Source of the DNA: Rhynchopus sp. YZ270_cl-10 | Lineage: Eukaryota | Direction of reading: 5' to 3' | NCBI GenBank assembly: GCA_964035575.1 | Contig: OZ037842.1 | Span: forward strand, 1,550,001-1,614,000 | DNA length: 64,000 bases | Shown here: positions 1-12,500 of the stretch, in pieces | How positions within the stretch are numbered: the stretch's first letter is position 1 | Layout: each line of letters starts with the position of its first letter | Made by a program: the position numbers and the translations under genes | The notes under the pieces: generated by a model | Seen by the model: only the letters and a program-made list of their open reading frames with translations | Told to the model about the DNA's origin: nothing | Databases searched by the model: none

Positions 1-8
1 CGGAGTTC

Positions 9-3000
9 ATGCGTGATGCGCTGCTTGCGCCTAATGCGACAGAAGAGTCACGCCGTGTGGTGCGCACCCGTGGATACAACAACTGGAAGGTCCACAGAGA
101 TGTGTACCTCGCACGTCTCCGTGAACTGCTCACAGAGGCCGGCAGCGACGGTCTGCACAAAGGAGAGATCTACCGTGAGTTTGAGGCAAACCTCCCCGCC
201 TCTGCAGTGTCGTCGGAGGACATCTTGAAGCTGGTTGATATTTGCCAGGAGTTTACCCCGCTCTGCATTGACAGCGCCTGCGGGGATGTGAAGGGCAACG
301 TCACGACGTACCTGAAAAAGCTGTCGCGCGAGGGGCAGCTCACTGCCGACTGTCGCGCGGTGCTTCCGGTGTACCCGAGCCAGCCGCTGCTGCTGCGCAT
401 TTCTGACCGGGTTGCGTTCTTGCGTAGTCTGCTTGACCAGCGTGATGGTGGCATGGGAGCAAAGCCTGGCTCCGAGGCGGTGGTGTCGTGCATCCTTGCT
501 GCGAAGATGCTGCGTCGCCACCGTGCGTCCATCTGCACACTCTTCTCAGACTCCTTCGCTGCCGTCCCCGCAAAGGCCTTCTGGCTGCACCTCCTCCGTG
601 ACCATAGGAACCATCCCAACGTCGGCGAAAAGAACACCCTCAACGCACCCATGATGCGCCACATCGCTGCAGTCATCAACGGCGTCAACGCCATCCACTC
701 CACAGGAGAGAACAAACTGAGCCTTTCCCTCGCCGTCTCCTGGATGGCTCTGCACCACAAGAATATGCCGACATTGGAGCTGGTGTCCGAGGTTGCAGCA
801 ATGGATGAAGCGCTCAAGCCGATTCCTTCTGGAGTAAAGGGACAGCACTTCCTGTGGAAGCTGTGGATGAAGAGTGTGACGGAGAACATCGAATACGTGG
901 TGCGCAAGGCGGCGGAGAAGGGTGCACGCATCGCCGAGCATGCGCCGCTTGATGCGAAGCGGTCGGGTCTGACGTCGTATCTGGGATTTGCTGTCGTGAT
1001 GATGGATGTTCTGGAGGACGCGTTGAAGCCGGCGCATGCGTTTGTGGCAGCCCTGCCTGCAGGGAAGGACAGAGATGCTGTGGAGCGCGACGTCTTGGCG
1101 ACAACGGCAATGTTCGCTGTCGCAATGCTGCCCACAAAGTCGATGGAGAAGCTGCTGTGGGAGGAGCGCTCATGCCCTGCGGTCGAGGCGTACAGAACGA
1201 AGCTTGCGGACATGGTGGTGCGTCACATCCTTGCGAACATGGAGACACTGATGAAGAAGGTGTTCGACGTGAAGCAGGACGGCTACCTCTCCACGGAGCC
1301 AGTCGAGCTCTGCAAGCGCTTCCTCGACAGTGTCGCAACAGGCATGCTGCCGGTGCTCATGGAGCGCTGTCCCGACCTCCTCTCTGCAGTGCTGCGCTTC
1401 GTCTGCAAGTACCTCGACGCCGTGCAGCTCACCCAAGAGCACGCAGACCTCGGCTTCTTCCAAAGCACCGCCAGTGAAGACGACGGCAAGTTTGGTTTCC
1501 GCCACTTCTCCCTCGCAGATCATCAGCGTCTCAGTGCCAAGGGGCAGACAGCGCTGCTCGCAGTGCTGAAGCTTCTCAAGGTGAAGGAGCAACGCGAGAA
1601 GTATGCTAAGGACGCAGCTGCCGATGCGGTTGCAGCAGAGGGCTGGGGTGTGTACCGGCAGAGCGTGTATGGGCACCACGTGCGCGACGGTGTGGCGCAG
1701 TACCAAGCCCTGCAGGAGGCCCCGAAGGAGAGCGGCGAGTGGAAGACCGAGCGTCTGCAGTTCCTCAGCGCGCTCGCGCAGCAGCGCCGTGCAGTGGTGT
1801 GCTCCGAAGAGTGTGCTGCCCTCGCAGTGGCGCAGCAGCTGCACCTGCAGAGGGAGAACAGCCTGGCCTTCATCGGGGCGATGCGGACGATGCGCCTCAT
1901 CCACAAGCTCTACCTCGAGGGCGACATCGGGAACAAGACAGCCTGCTCGCAGAAGTGGCTTGAGGGCTCCTATGCCTTTGGGGTTGAGGCGTGTGGGCTG
2001 CGTGACGAGCTTATCAAATACACCAAGGGCAAGGACATGCACGAGCGCATTTCTGGCCATGTACGCTTCCTGCAGTCTGCGGTGTTCTGCCTGGAAAAGG
2101 ACCTGCTCCCAGGTGAGGAGGACATCACAGCCTTCCTGAGTGCGCTGGAGCACGTGGCCAAGGCGATCAAGAACGAGGCCGGCCTTGTCCGTCCACGTGT
2201 GTACGAGCTGCTCGAGCGCAATCTGTCGGCCATCGTGTGTGGCACACTTTCACAGAAGACGGAGGCGGCGGCACTCAAGGCGGCAACGTCTGTCGCACAG
2301 CAGCTGGAGCAGATGCTGAAGGACGACGTGGGGAAGCGCGACAGCGTGGCGAAGTCGCACTTCGAGCGCATGGCAGCAGGCATCATCGAGGAGGCGCTGT
2401 ACGCACCCATCTCGCCCAAGGACATCACCAAAGGGCTGCCGACGATGCAGCAGCGCTACACCGCTGTGCGCAAGGTGTGGGTTGAGTGCGCCATCCGTCT
2501 GCAGTTCATTGTCACCCGCAAGAACACTGGCGAGCAGGACTGGAAGTACTACGTGTGGCCTGCACAGAAGAAGACACTGCACCCAAGCTGGGACATGGCA
2601 CAGGTGGATGAGACGAGGCTGCTCGCTGTGGCAGAGGAGAACTTCGGTGAGGCCGGTGTGTTTGCTGTGAAGATGAAATACAACACACTGCGCAACAGCA
2701 TTCCTGCGCGGGCAAGCCCCTTGAGCATTCTGGACTGTGCTGCGGTGCTGTGTGAGACCCTCGAGGCAGTGAAGCAGCAGATGCACAAGGCGGAGGGGAG
2801 TCTGCAGTTCCTTGCGCTGCCTCTCGGACACTTGCCCCCCATCGACGAGAAGGCAGATGACGACGAGCACGACCGCACCAAGCGTGCCACACAGAGCGCC
2901 TTTGATCGGATGACCTACCTTGTCGACCTCTGCGGTATCAGGTGTCTAGAGTGTGCCGACATCTGGACCTTTGCCCAGGCTGCCGTCGCGCAGATCTCGA

Positions 3001-5072
3001 CCAACAAAGCCAAGGGCGTACGCAAGGCCATCCGCCTGGAGCATCTCAACCACTGCGTCGCGTTCTACACAAACCTCGGCAAGAAGGTGCAGGGCAACCC
3101 GCACCACAGCCCTGCACCCCTCGAGACGATGTGCAAGGCACTGCTCGTAGAGGCTGTCGACCTGTCCAGTCGCCACGCAGTGTCTCTGGCTGAGATCTGG
3201 CTTGACTTGCAGAAGGCGCGCGTCTACACCGTGGCAGACCTGCACCCCATGGAGCGGCAGCTGCTCTTCCATGCTCGGACAACGGAGCACAAAGACCGCA
3301 ACAGCATGGACTTCAAGGAGGCTGTGATGGAGCGTAGGCTGTGCGCCATGCGTGAACTCATCTTCGATGTGTCCAAGAGCGCCATCCACATGTACGCAGT
3401 GCAGTCGGAGATTGTGAAGCGCAGAGACGACCTGCTCGATCAGTTCATAGGTGCGCGGACCGGTGACTTCTGGGGTGCGCTGCGCAGCAACCCACCAGGC
3501 GAGTTCGAGAAGGCAGACGACATCTACAAAGTGCCCGTGAGCGGGTCGGACCTGTCTAAGCTCAACGGCGAATGCTCGAAACGCTATAGCGAGCTCTCGC
3601 TCAAGATGGCGCTGCGTCCTGGCAACAGCACCAATGTGCGCTCCGACGCTGTGGTGCAGTACGTGATGTCGCCGTCCACAGGGCACACAGACATCGTGCA
3701 GCTCCTGAAGACGCTCATGGGCGACCCAGAGAACGATGCGCTCATCGAGGCGGTGGTGCTGTCTGTGTTCAAGACGGATGCAGCGTGGCACGTGCTCGCG
3801 CACCTCATGACACCCGAAGCGCTTGCCAGCTCTGCGCAGCGCACCATGGCCACAGTCCTGAAGAACCTCTGCAAATGGGCCCCTGCCTCAAGCGCCGTTG
3901 CTGTCATGAAGCGTCTGCTGGGGCCGGAACGCCGTTTTGCTGTGAAGGCGCTGCTCCACAAGAACATCATCCGCGAGCTGCTGGCCTCCAACGCACCTGA
4001 GGCACAGGACGTGCTGTTGGACGAATGGAACAACCGTGCCAAATTCGACATGCACAACGACGTGCAGCACGAGCTGGTCCGCACCGCCCTGGCGCAGATG
4101 CACACCGCAGAGGACAGGTCGAAGGCAAGCGCTGCTGTGTGGCAGATCCTGGAGGAGGCCTCCGACCCTGCGCAGTGCGCCATTGAGGAGGTGCACCTGC
4201 TCTTCCTCCGTGAGGAGTGGCACCCCAAGGCGCGTTCCGACTTCCCTGACGCAAGCAACTCGTTCCCTGGAAGCTCGTTCATCCCTTTCGAGAGGGCACA
4301 CCCGACGGGCACGGCCACCGACATCCAACGCGAATGGGACGTGCTGATGCAGAAGCGGTACCAGCCTGCAGGGAACTACTGCACCTACGACCAGGTGCAG
4401 TACAAGCGCCACAGCCTCGTGGAGGAGGATGTACAGTTCAAAAAGGAGAACGACGCCTTGAAGCGCTACACGGACCTCATGGCACGTGGTGTGGCTCGCA
4501 TTGCGGAGCATGGGGCAAGCCGCATGATTCGTCTTGTGGCACGCAAACAGATGTTCGACTTTGACTGGGAAGCTGCATCTGGACACGTCACCAACGAGAC
4601 GCTGGAGAGAATTGAAAAGGAGCTGCTGACTGGACTGCCCGCTGAAGCTACTGAACTGGATACTGTTCCGTACATGGAGGGACCGCACCAGCGCGTTGTG
4701 CACCACTTGGCCCAGAGATATGTGTCAAATGTGATGTGCGCACTGCAACTCGCGGAGGCGTGCCCGAAGACGTACACGGACTTCCAACGCAGACAGGGCT
4801 TTGCGCGTTCCGATGTGGTTGCGAAGCATCCTGCAGCACAGCACCACACTGCGCTCACGAGGAAGGTGCTGACCAATCTTCTCGACACACCTATGCGGCA
4901 CGCACTGCGCAGACAGCACCTCTCGCTTGTGGCGGCAGGGCTCATGATGATCAAGAGGAGGAAGGCCGAGTGGCACGGCGACCTCATCCAGAAGCCGCAT
5001 GCAAAGCTGCTTGGCTACTTCATGCAGGATCGCCTCAGCCTTGGATACGGAGATGTCTTAGGCAGCGCATAG
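9..5072 (+). CDS. Large alpha-helical (HEAT/ARM-like) hypothetical protein, possibly 5'-truncated by the window edge
   Basis: 1687-aa intronless ORF with strong GC3 bias; frame is open from base 3. C-terminal 'VKALLHKNIIRELL...MHNDVQHELVRTAL' resembles, from memory, a KVT..KE..RL/HRDVR family of large uncharacterised proteins. Confidence 0.8.
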   Translation: MRDALLAPNATEESRRVVRTRGYNNWKVHRDVYLARLRELLTEAGSDGLHKGEIYREFEANLPASAVSSEDILKLVDICQEFTPLCIDSACGDVKGNVTTYLKKLSREGQLTADCRAVLPVYPSQPLLLRISDRVAFLRSLLDQRDGGMGAKPGSEAVVSCILAAKMLRRHRASICTLFSDSFAAVPAKAFWLHLLRDHRNHPNVGEKNTLNAPMMRHIAAVINGVNAIHSTGENKLSLSLAVSWMALHHKNMPTLELVSEVAAMDEALKPIPSGVKGQHFLWKLWMKSVTENIEYVVRKAAEKGARIAEHAPLDAKRSGLTSYLGFAVVMMDVLEDALKPAHAFVAALPAGKDRDAVERDVLATTAMFAVAMLPTKSMEKLLWEERSCPAVEAYRTKLADMVVRHILANMETLMKKVFDVKQDGYLSTEPVELCKRFLDSVATGMLPVLMERCPDLLSAVLRFVCKYLDAVQLTQEHADLGFFQSTASEDDGKFGFRHFSLADHQRLSAKGQTALLAVLKLLKVKEQREKYAKDAAADAVAAEGWGVYRQSVYGHHVRDGVAQYQALQEAPKESGEWKTERLQFLSALAQQRRAVVCSEECAALAVAQQLHLQRENSLAFIGAMRTMRLIHKLYLEGDIGNKTACSQKWLEGSYAFGVEACGLRDELIKYTKGKDMHERISGHVRFLQSAVFCLEKDLLPGEEDITAFLSALEHVAKAIKNEAGLVRPRVYELLERNLSAIVCGTLSQKTEAAALKAATSVAQQLEQMLKDDVGKRDSVAKSHFERMAAGIIEEALYAPISPKDITKGLPTMQQRYTAVRKVWVECAIRLQFIVTRKNTGEQDWKYYVWPAQKKTLHPSWDMAQVDETRLLAVAEENFGEAGVFAVKMKYNTLRNSIPARASPLSILDCAAVLCETLEAVKQQMHKAEGSLQFLALPLGHLPPIDEKADDDEHDRTKRATQSAFDRMTYLVDLCGIRCLECADIWTFAQAAVAQISTNKAKGVRKAIRLEHLNHCVAFYTNLGKKVQGNPHHSPAPLETMCKALLVEAVDLSSRHAVSLAEIWLDLQKARVYTVADLHPMERQLLFHARTTEHKDRNSMDFKEAVMERRLCAMRELIFDVSKSAIHMYAVQSEIVKRRDDLLDQFIGARTGDFWGALRSNPPGEFEKADDIYKVPVSGSDLSKLNGECSKRYSELSLKMALRPGNSTNVRSDAVVQYVMSPSTGHTDIVQLLKTLMGDPENDALIEAVVLSVFKTDAAWHVLAHLMTPEALASSAQRTMATVLKNLCKWAPASSAVAVMKRLLGPERRFAVKALLHKNIIRELLASNAPEAQDVLLDEWNNRAKFDMHNDVQHELVRTALAQMHTAEDRSKASAAVWQILEEASDPAQCAIEEVHLLFLREEWHPKARSDFPDASNSFPGSSFIPFERAHPTGTATDIQREWDVLMQKRYQPAGNYCTYDQVQYKRHSLVEEDVQFKKENDALKRYTDLMARGVARIAEHGASRMIRLVARKQMFDFDWEAASGHVTNETLERIEKELLTGLPAEATELDTVPYMEGPHQRVVHHLAQRYVSNVMCALQLAEACPKTYTDFQRRQGFARSDVVAKHPAAQHHTALTRKVLTNLLDTPMRHALRRQHLSLVAAGLMMIKRRKAEWHGDLIQKPHAKLLGYFMQDRLSLGYGDVLGSA

Positions 5073-5307
5073 TACCCCACGAAGAAGTGACCCCCGTGTC
5101 CCTCATTCCGGGTCGTGTTCCACAGATCGTTCTTTGCAAATTTCATCACCTAACCATCTCGCAAAGGATGCTGTTGGCAACCGGCTCGCCCCAAAATATT
5201 CATATTTTTTACGCACGAAATTTATCTTTCAACGTTTTCTTTCATCATCTCTGGCAACAAACTTGTGGAAGCCAGCGCAGCTGATGCTGTGCGATAACGA
5301 ATATGAT

Positions 5308-5342
5308 AAGGTGACTAAGCACGAGAGGCTTAGGGTCATCTT
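5308..5342 (+). repeat. Hairpin module family A, reference copy AAGGTGACTAAGCACGAGAGGCTTAGGGTCATCTT
   Basis: Identical copy at 5756-5790; variants at ~5599, 6471, 11615, 12621, 13520, 17745, 18543, 18978, 35106, 38050, 44924, 51055, 58560, 59348. Confidence 0.85.
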
Positions 5343-6932
5343 ATAAACCATTCTTCTTTTCTTTTCTGAAAAAAATTGTGTGGAGTAGTGTAGTTGCCCT
5401 CGGTTGTGTTGCCACAGTTGCGCAATCTCCACTTTTCAAAAAGTTCACTCACGAAAAGGCCTCTGATCTTTGGCCTTTCTTTTCTGAAGAATTTCTTTCT
5501 TTTTTTTTTTTATCGTGCTTGTGACCTGTTGAGGTGTCGTGTTAGCAACGTTTATAAAAAAAATTGTCCGCAGCTGACGCTGTCCGATAATTATATACAA
5601 GGTTACTAACCGAGACTTAGGATAGCATAAAAACGTTTTTTTACTGGCGGTTGCACTTTCAATTCTTTGTTTCGAGATGACTCAACACAGACTGAAGATC
5701 CTACCAACTCCGTGTTTGGTGACTTCGTCTACAGTACATCTTACCAATTGCGTTGAAGGTGACTAAGCACGAGAGGCTTAGGGTCATCTTATAATTTTTT
5801 TCTTTGTTTCCGTTTCCGCTCTTTTTTGTGTTGTACACTGTCGCGCCTCACGCTCACTTTTCTTTTTTCTTTTTATTTGTAAGGCGTTTGCACTTTTATC
5901 TCTTTGTTCCTCTTCCAACGTAAATACCCGCAACTTTTTTTTTGGGTGGACAAAACTCCGTCTATTGAAAATATTATCTTATTCATTTTTGGCTTCAGTG
6001 CATTTTCGAGTGGGTGCACGTTAGTCAATGCTTTCATAAAACACTTCGTATTGAAGCCCTCAGTCCCCTACCCCCAAGTGGGCACTCAGGCGATGGTCGA
6101 TTCAATGAAATAGGTGGAAACCTGTTCAGTTGATCGCCAAGTTTTCAAAAAAAAAAAAAAAATGCTCTTTAGGGTTGACGGCTACTGCGTCTATACCTTC
6201 CTTAATACAAAGGCTTCAGTCAACATTGACCTGAGTTACCCCACTGAGGTGGATACTTAGGCGATTGTCGACAACAAAAAAAGGAAAAATGCACCAAAAA
6301 AAAAATGAAGCAAATCTTCCACACAAACGTTTACCTCCCCTCCCATTTTTTTCTGATTTCAGCATGAAAAGCAAAAAAGCAAGAAAGAACAAACAAACAA
6401 AGCAACAAAAGTAACTTTGTGATCTGGGGTTTTTGGGTATAGAGAAACCCCATGCAGCATTCCTCTTTGGAAGGTGAGGCTCACACAGTGGGGCTAGACT
6501 TCATCTTACCAATATTTTTCTTTCTTTTCTTTTTTGCGATCTTTCAAAATAAGGACCCAGCTTTTTTTAACAACCCCTTCCACGGTAATATAACAACGAT
6601 CTAACACCCCACCCCTCCTTTTTTACCTCTCCTCTCTCCCTCCGAAATTCTGTTTCAGCCACAGTTTTGCCCATGCACACTTCGCATATCGAAGTGCTCT
6701 CAGGGGTTCAACAATTCGCGGTGAAAACCCCTATCCTACCCCCATGTTCTTTCCCCTGATCTATGGACATCACAGGACACTTTTGAAGACGAAGTTAATG
6801 ATAGGATCGAGATTCGGACTGAACGTCGTAGGAATCTTATCAATCTTTTTCTTTATTTCCTTTTTGTTGTTGCACACTTTATTTTCCCCTCCTCCCCCTC
6901 CCCCATCTAACCAATCCAGGGCAACACACACA

Positions 6933-8169
6933 ATGGATACTTTTCCCATAGAATTATCGAGTTTGAAGTTGGTCGAATGGATCAGCGCACGGTCTGAGAT
7001 GTACAAAGCTCATTCGGATTTTGTAGAAGTGAAGGGGAAGGCGGTGACGATGATACAACTGGTGAAGCATGAACTGGGGGGGTCGAGAAAGATAATACAG
7101 AAGGCGAAGAAGGCTGCAGCGGATGCGGAGAAACGCGAGAAGGCGCATATGCAGTCGGTTGCAAAGCTGGAGCAGGAGCTGGCAGGTCTGATCGCAAGCA
7201 TGGGGCTGTCAGAGGAGGACAGCACCGAAGCTGCCCTCCTGCACCACGCAGAGGTTACCCTCCGTGCACACCACACCACCGTCGCAACGTCGCTGTCAAA
7301 GCTAGAAGCTCCTCTCCAATCATTTCAAAAATTTGTCCAAACCGGTCCAGAACCCTTAAAGACGCTGCAGTTTTGCATGGCGTACGGTGTATTGTACACA
7401 CCAGAAGCGTGTGCGGCATTTGTTCAGAAAGGTGTGGAGCCAGAGGAGATGCAAGTCTCAACCCTATTCAGTGCGAAAAGGGAGGAAGAAAAGGGAGAGA
7501 CGGAGCAACAAAGTGGTGTTGCAGACGCGGATTGGGACCTTCTGCTTGCGGGAGAAGAGGGTGGGGGTGGTGATGTTGAAGAGGACAAATGGATGCAGTG
7601 CATGCATGTGGCGGAGGCAGCTGCGACAGACAGCACCGTGCTGACGGAGAAAGACGCCAGGTATGACAGCTTTCTTTATTAGGTATTGCGAGAGGGTTTG
7701 TGTACGACATTTTTTAGCTGAATTCAGATTCTACGGTTTGACTTTCAAAACACCACACAGAGTGCTTCTTCTGGACGACCTGAACGAGCTGTTGTACTTC
7801 ATGAAACAGCGTGCTGTGGAGGGTGATGTTGTGTCGAAGACTCAGTTGCCTCTTGTGGAGTCTGTGGTGGAGCAGGTGGGTGGGGCTGTGTTTGAGGACT
7901 TGCTGCTGCGCTTCTCCTCACGCGCGCATCGAGAGGCAAGCCTGCGGGGGCTGAAGCAGAAGCAAAGCGAGCTGGAGCGCATGAACACCTTGGCACAGCG
8001 CGATCGTGACGCAATGATGCAGGCTGCCCTCGAGCAGTCCGCTGCATCAGACGCTGTGGACGCTCTCATACCCCGTGCACGTGACCTCAAAGCATACCTA
8101 GAAGAACATCTCTCCGTATGGACTCACCCAAAAGACGTTCACCTCATTGGCGAGCTCAGCCGCTTATGA
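6933..8169 (+). CDS. CDK5RAP3: CDK5RAP3/C53-like protein (DUF773); exons 6933-7660, 7761-8169
   Basis: N-terminal 'PIELSSLKLVEWISAR', central 'RVLLLDDLNELLYFMKQR' and C-terminal 'VHLIGEL' match the C53 pattern; acidic linker with 'ADWD'. Intron 7661-7760 (GTATGA...CACACAG) joins the two ORFs in frame. Confidence 0.75.
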
Positions 8170-8249
8170 AGCAAGTGTGTATCGGGTGGGAAAGGGGGAT
8201 GTGCCCTCTTTAGCAAAAACAAAAGTAAAAAGTAAACGTAAAAGAAAAA

Positions 8250-9120
8250 AATGGTAAAGTGTGGTTTTCTCTCGGTACACTGTTCATAATCCGTCTGGCC
8301 AAAAGCGCCGCCGTTTCTATAGAAATGTGCCCAACGCTTGACCAACATACATCGAGTTGCTGAGAACTCTCCTCGTTTCCAACAGTACGACGCCCATCAA
8401 AAACCCCAAAAGCCCGGAAAATGGGTGCGTCGTCAAGCTTCGCTTTGACCTCTTCAATCAGCTCGTCGAGGTACGGCCTTCCGTGCGTGTCGTGGAAGAC
8501 GCGCACGTGTTCCTGAGTGAGGGGAGCAATCCCTTCCCAAGCGTCGGAGATGACGACGTGCGCAGACCAGTACAACGGTTCGTTCCGGATGATCACACAA
8601 GGCTTTGATCTTGGCGATATAGTGCTTGCACAACATGGGAAGCGCAAACAGGCAGAAACGACACCGTAGAAAACCCACTCTCCACCTCAACGGTCGATGG
8701 TGAAGAAACCAGGACGGCCTCGAGGATGGAAGCAAGATCCTCTTTCGCCTGGTCACTGGGGTTCTCTCCACACACGAACCCTGCTGCAGCTGCACAAGGA
8801 TCGCCTTCCGTCTCCGTCTTCCAGTGCCGCCAACTGGCAAGTAGCCCATACTTCCGGGCTGTCGCGATTTGCATGCTTTGGAGACCATCAACGACTTTGC
8901 CTGTTCAACGACGGACTTCTCGGATGTCAGCAGTCTTGCAAGCTGAATTACTCCGAGTGCCTGTTCCACCGCATCTTCAGGTTCCTCTTGCACCCATTCG
9001 CCAAGGAAGCGCGCCATTCCTTAACATGGATGGAGTCTTTGATGCTATCGTCGATACCTTCAAGGCTGCCTCCTAAATACCCCCAGCTTGTTCAAGTACA
9101 GTCTTTAATGGGCCTTTGAG
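8250..9120 (-). pseudogene. Degenerate hAT-like (ZNF862-type) transposase fragments
   Basis: Broken minus-strand frames carry 'LASILEAVLVSSPSTVEVESGFSTV' (like the hAT dimerisation motif P.ST..CERGFS) and 'YLDELIEEVKAKLDDAPIFRAFGVFD'. Frameshifted and opposite to the gene strand. Confidence 0.45.
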
Positions 9121-9386
9121 CCTCTTTATTACAGATTTTGAATATTTTTTCCACGCCTTTCATCTCCAGCACACTTTTTTCTTATGACCTACGAGCCTCC
9201 TTGACTCTCTCATCTCACAACCCCCCCATTCCTGCTACATAAACCTAACCTCTTCATACCCCTAGGACACACATCAAGTCTTCTCTCGCGAGAAGCACAC
9301 ACCCCAGAAGGGGGGGAGGTGCCACCCATTGTTGTCCCTCCCCTCCGACTCCTTTCTCCTTGTCTGTCATTGTCTCCTTGGCAACG

Positions 9387-12300
9387 ATGTTGCTGAAGAT
9401 CGTAGGCGATGCGGTGGCGTTGGCGCAGATCAAGGCTGCGAACCAGGAGCCGTTGATTGTTGTGGACCCGATGCTTCCGTTTTCGGACCCTAACACGAGT
9501 GCAAAGTTTGCGAGTATATTGGGGTGCGACCCAGCGTCATCGATGCACAGTCTTGGCCTGCAGATGTCTGCAGGGAACGCGACTGACCCAATGTCCGTTC
9601 CCGTAGACCTGAGCAGATCACCCCAAGAACAAGATATGCGTACAGGAACAGTGCTCTACCTGACACGTGAAAGCAGGCCCTTCGCATACCCTCTCAGCAG
9701 CCCGACCCCCACTGGAGAGCCTGCACAGATGCATGCCAGAGTGACCCCCGCAGCCCCGCATAACGATGCCTGGCAACGTTCTGCATCGTCTCCGCTTGAC
9801 TCGAGGCACGTCGCTCCCATCGTATGTTATATTGGGTAAATTGCGAGAATACGTACACAAAAAAGTGTAGCGATTTCCCCTGTCATGTTTAATTTGGTGG
9901 AAATATTGTCTTTTTTTTACAGCGTCCAACACCGCAGTTCATGTCGCAAACACCGACAACGCTGTTCCAGCCGGAGCCGAATGTGATGTATGTGAAACGT
10001 GGAGTTTTTGGAGGGAATTTTTGAAATTTAACACAGAGAGCAAACACCACGCAGCGTGCCGTGGGATGTGACCTCGCAGATGGAGGAGGCTGCAGCGAAG
10101 CGGCGTGCGCAACAGATCATGGGCGACTTTATGCGCAACAAGGGGCGTGTCACGGATTTGGAGGCGGAGCTGGACGATGCACGCAGGGAGGTGCTTGCAC
10201 ATCGGGAGACGATAGGTGGGCTGGAGCGCACGCTGCGTGACACTCAGCTGTACCGCGACGAATTGAAACACAACAACGATGACGCGGACGAGCTGCGCAA
10301 GCAGATCTACGACCTGAAGAAGGACAACCTTGAACTCCGCAAAGCGAACACACTCTACGAGCGCAAAGAGCGTGACCGGCAGGGCGAGGTCGAGGCGCTG
10401 CAGATGGGTGTCGAGTCCGCTGAGCAGCGCGGGCGTGCGTCTGTGGAGAAGCGGCTGAGCGCGACGCAGGAGGAGCTGCTCGAGGCGAAGGCGTTCATCG
10501 ATGCGCTGAAGGAGCGTCTCATTGCACAGGCGGCAGAGATGAAGAAGCTGCACGCACCGCATGCAAACGAGCCACACACAGAGCACATCATCCTGCCACC
10601 GGGCATGCTGCGCAAGCTCGTCACCGTCAACGGCGGTGGCGTGCAGTACTACCGCGAGAAGTTCAACATCGACATCACACTCCTCGACAACACCATGACC
10701 GTCACAGGTGACCCGGTCGACATCAAGCTTCTCAAGGAGGAGTGCGAGCAGACCCTCGGCCTCACAGACCCAACAGCAGTCTCGCAGGCCTTCCCCGACA
10801 CTGACATCACCAACCCCAAAGTGCAGGAGCTCATGGAGCGCGAACACGAGCTGCTTGAACTCAACGGAGAACACAGGCAACAACTCATCGCTGCGCAAAG
10901 TATGTTAAAAATAGGTGAAAAACAACAAAAAAAAAACATCACTGCAGACACGATTGACTCGCTGCACCTCGCCCTGAAGCATGCCCAAGGGCGTGTCGAA
11001 AGTGATCTAGAAAGCACAAGAGAGCTCCGAGAAGCGCAGCTCCGTGAGACGAAGAGGAAAGGAGAGGAGCTGGAAACCCTGAAGGCACACACACATACCC
11101 TGCAGAAGGAGCTTGAGGCTAAGTCCGTTGCGCTGGAGGATGCGAACAAGGCGCTGTCCAGCACGATTGAGACCTTCCAGCTCGAGTTCGAACGGTCGAA
11201 GGCGGGCAAGGATGAGCTCACGATGCTGCGCTCGCTTGTTGCGAAGAAGGACGAGGAGCTGAAGGGAGCCGTCCAGGACCACCTCCTCACCAAGAAGCGT
11301 CTGGACGAGCTGACGCTTGTCAAGCTCGACATGGAAAGGTACGTAGCCCTCCTCTGACCCACAAGAGTCAGCCACCACCACACTCTTCACACCACCCACA
11401 CAGCGACCTCACCCATAAGAAGAACCTCGTGGGCTTAGTCCCCACCCTTGAGGCCAGCTTCGCCTCCGCCAAGCTGGAGGCACAGAACACACGCGAGGAC
11501 CTTGCCTCACGCTGTGGGGAGTGGGGGGCCGAGAGGGGGATGCTCTTAGAGAAGGTATGCATCACACCACCACACCCTTCCTTTCGTGAGGTCAACTTTT
11601 CCATTGCTTTCAGACCCTTTAAACCGAGGCTTAGGTTCACCTTTATAACCCACCCACCCCCAACAGAACCAACGCATCCAAGAAGCCCTGGACACTGCGG
11701 TTGCGCAATTAGAAGAGTCACGCCGTTTGAGAGAAGACCTGCGTCTGTCACGTCTTAAGGAGGAGGAGCTGACTGCAAGGATACATGCCATGGAGTTGAA
11801 CCCTGAGAGCCAGAGGACGGCTGATCAGCAGAGGGAGATCCTTCACTTGAGGGAGGGTGCGGACCGGGCGAGCCGTGAGCGGCAGGCGCTGGTGGACTCG
11901 CTGAATGACTACAAACTGCGTTACGATACTCTGCTGACCGAAAACGAAGGTGTCAAGCGTGAGTACATCACCGCAGTCGACAACGTCACTAAGGCTGAGC
12001 TCAAGGTGGCCAACCTCTACGGCCAGATCGAGGACAGCCGCCTCACTGCCATCCACAACAGCGCTGCTGCCAATGCAGGCGACCTTGCCATGCTCCAGAC
12101 AACCGCAGTGCTGAACGCATCGACTGTTGATGCGCTCAAAGGGGAGCTCAACAACGAGGCAAGAAAGCCGTACACAATGACACCGTCGATGCCGACATCG
12201 GAGGCGGCTGCGCTGGTCGATGCCATGCGTGCTGAATTAGAATCAAAGAAGCGTCAACTCTCAAAGTCGCAGGCCCTCTTGCTCGGCAACACCAGCTCTC

Positions 12301-12500
12301 CAACAGCCGCAGTGCTGAAGTCGAAGTCCATCTCGCCACACCACCGCCGCCAGCAGGACCTCTGCGATATCTCCCCTGCCAAGCCAGTGTCACCCCCACC
12401 CGGCTTCGTCTCCCCCACATCACCTAAAAAATCGCTCAGAAGACCCGCCCACACAACACCCCTCTCAAAGAGGCTCTCTCCAGTGAAAAAGAAGTGGTAA
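9387..12500 (+). CDS. Coiled-coil protein with one KH-like domain; exons 9387-9821, 9923-9987, 10037-10899, 10948-11338, 11404-11554, 11667-12500
   Basis: Five GTAYG...CAG introns (9822-9922, 9988-10036, 10900-10947, 11339-11403, 11555-11666) join four ORFs in frame. 'IILPPGMLRKLVTVNGGGVQYYREKFNIDI...VTG' resembles a type-I KH fold with degenerate GxxG. Confidence 0.8.

Noticed and set aside
5308..5790. Identical 35-bp palindromic repeats as a CRISPR array
   Set aside because: Only two copies ~450 bp apart, no regular spacers, no cas genes, eukaryotic context.
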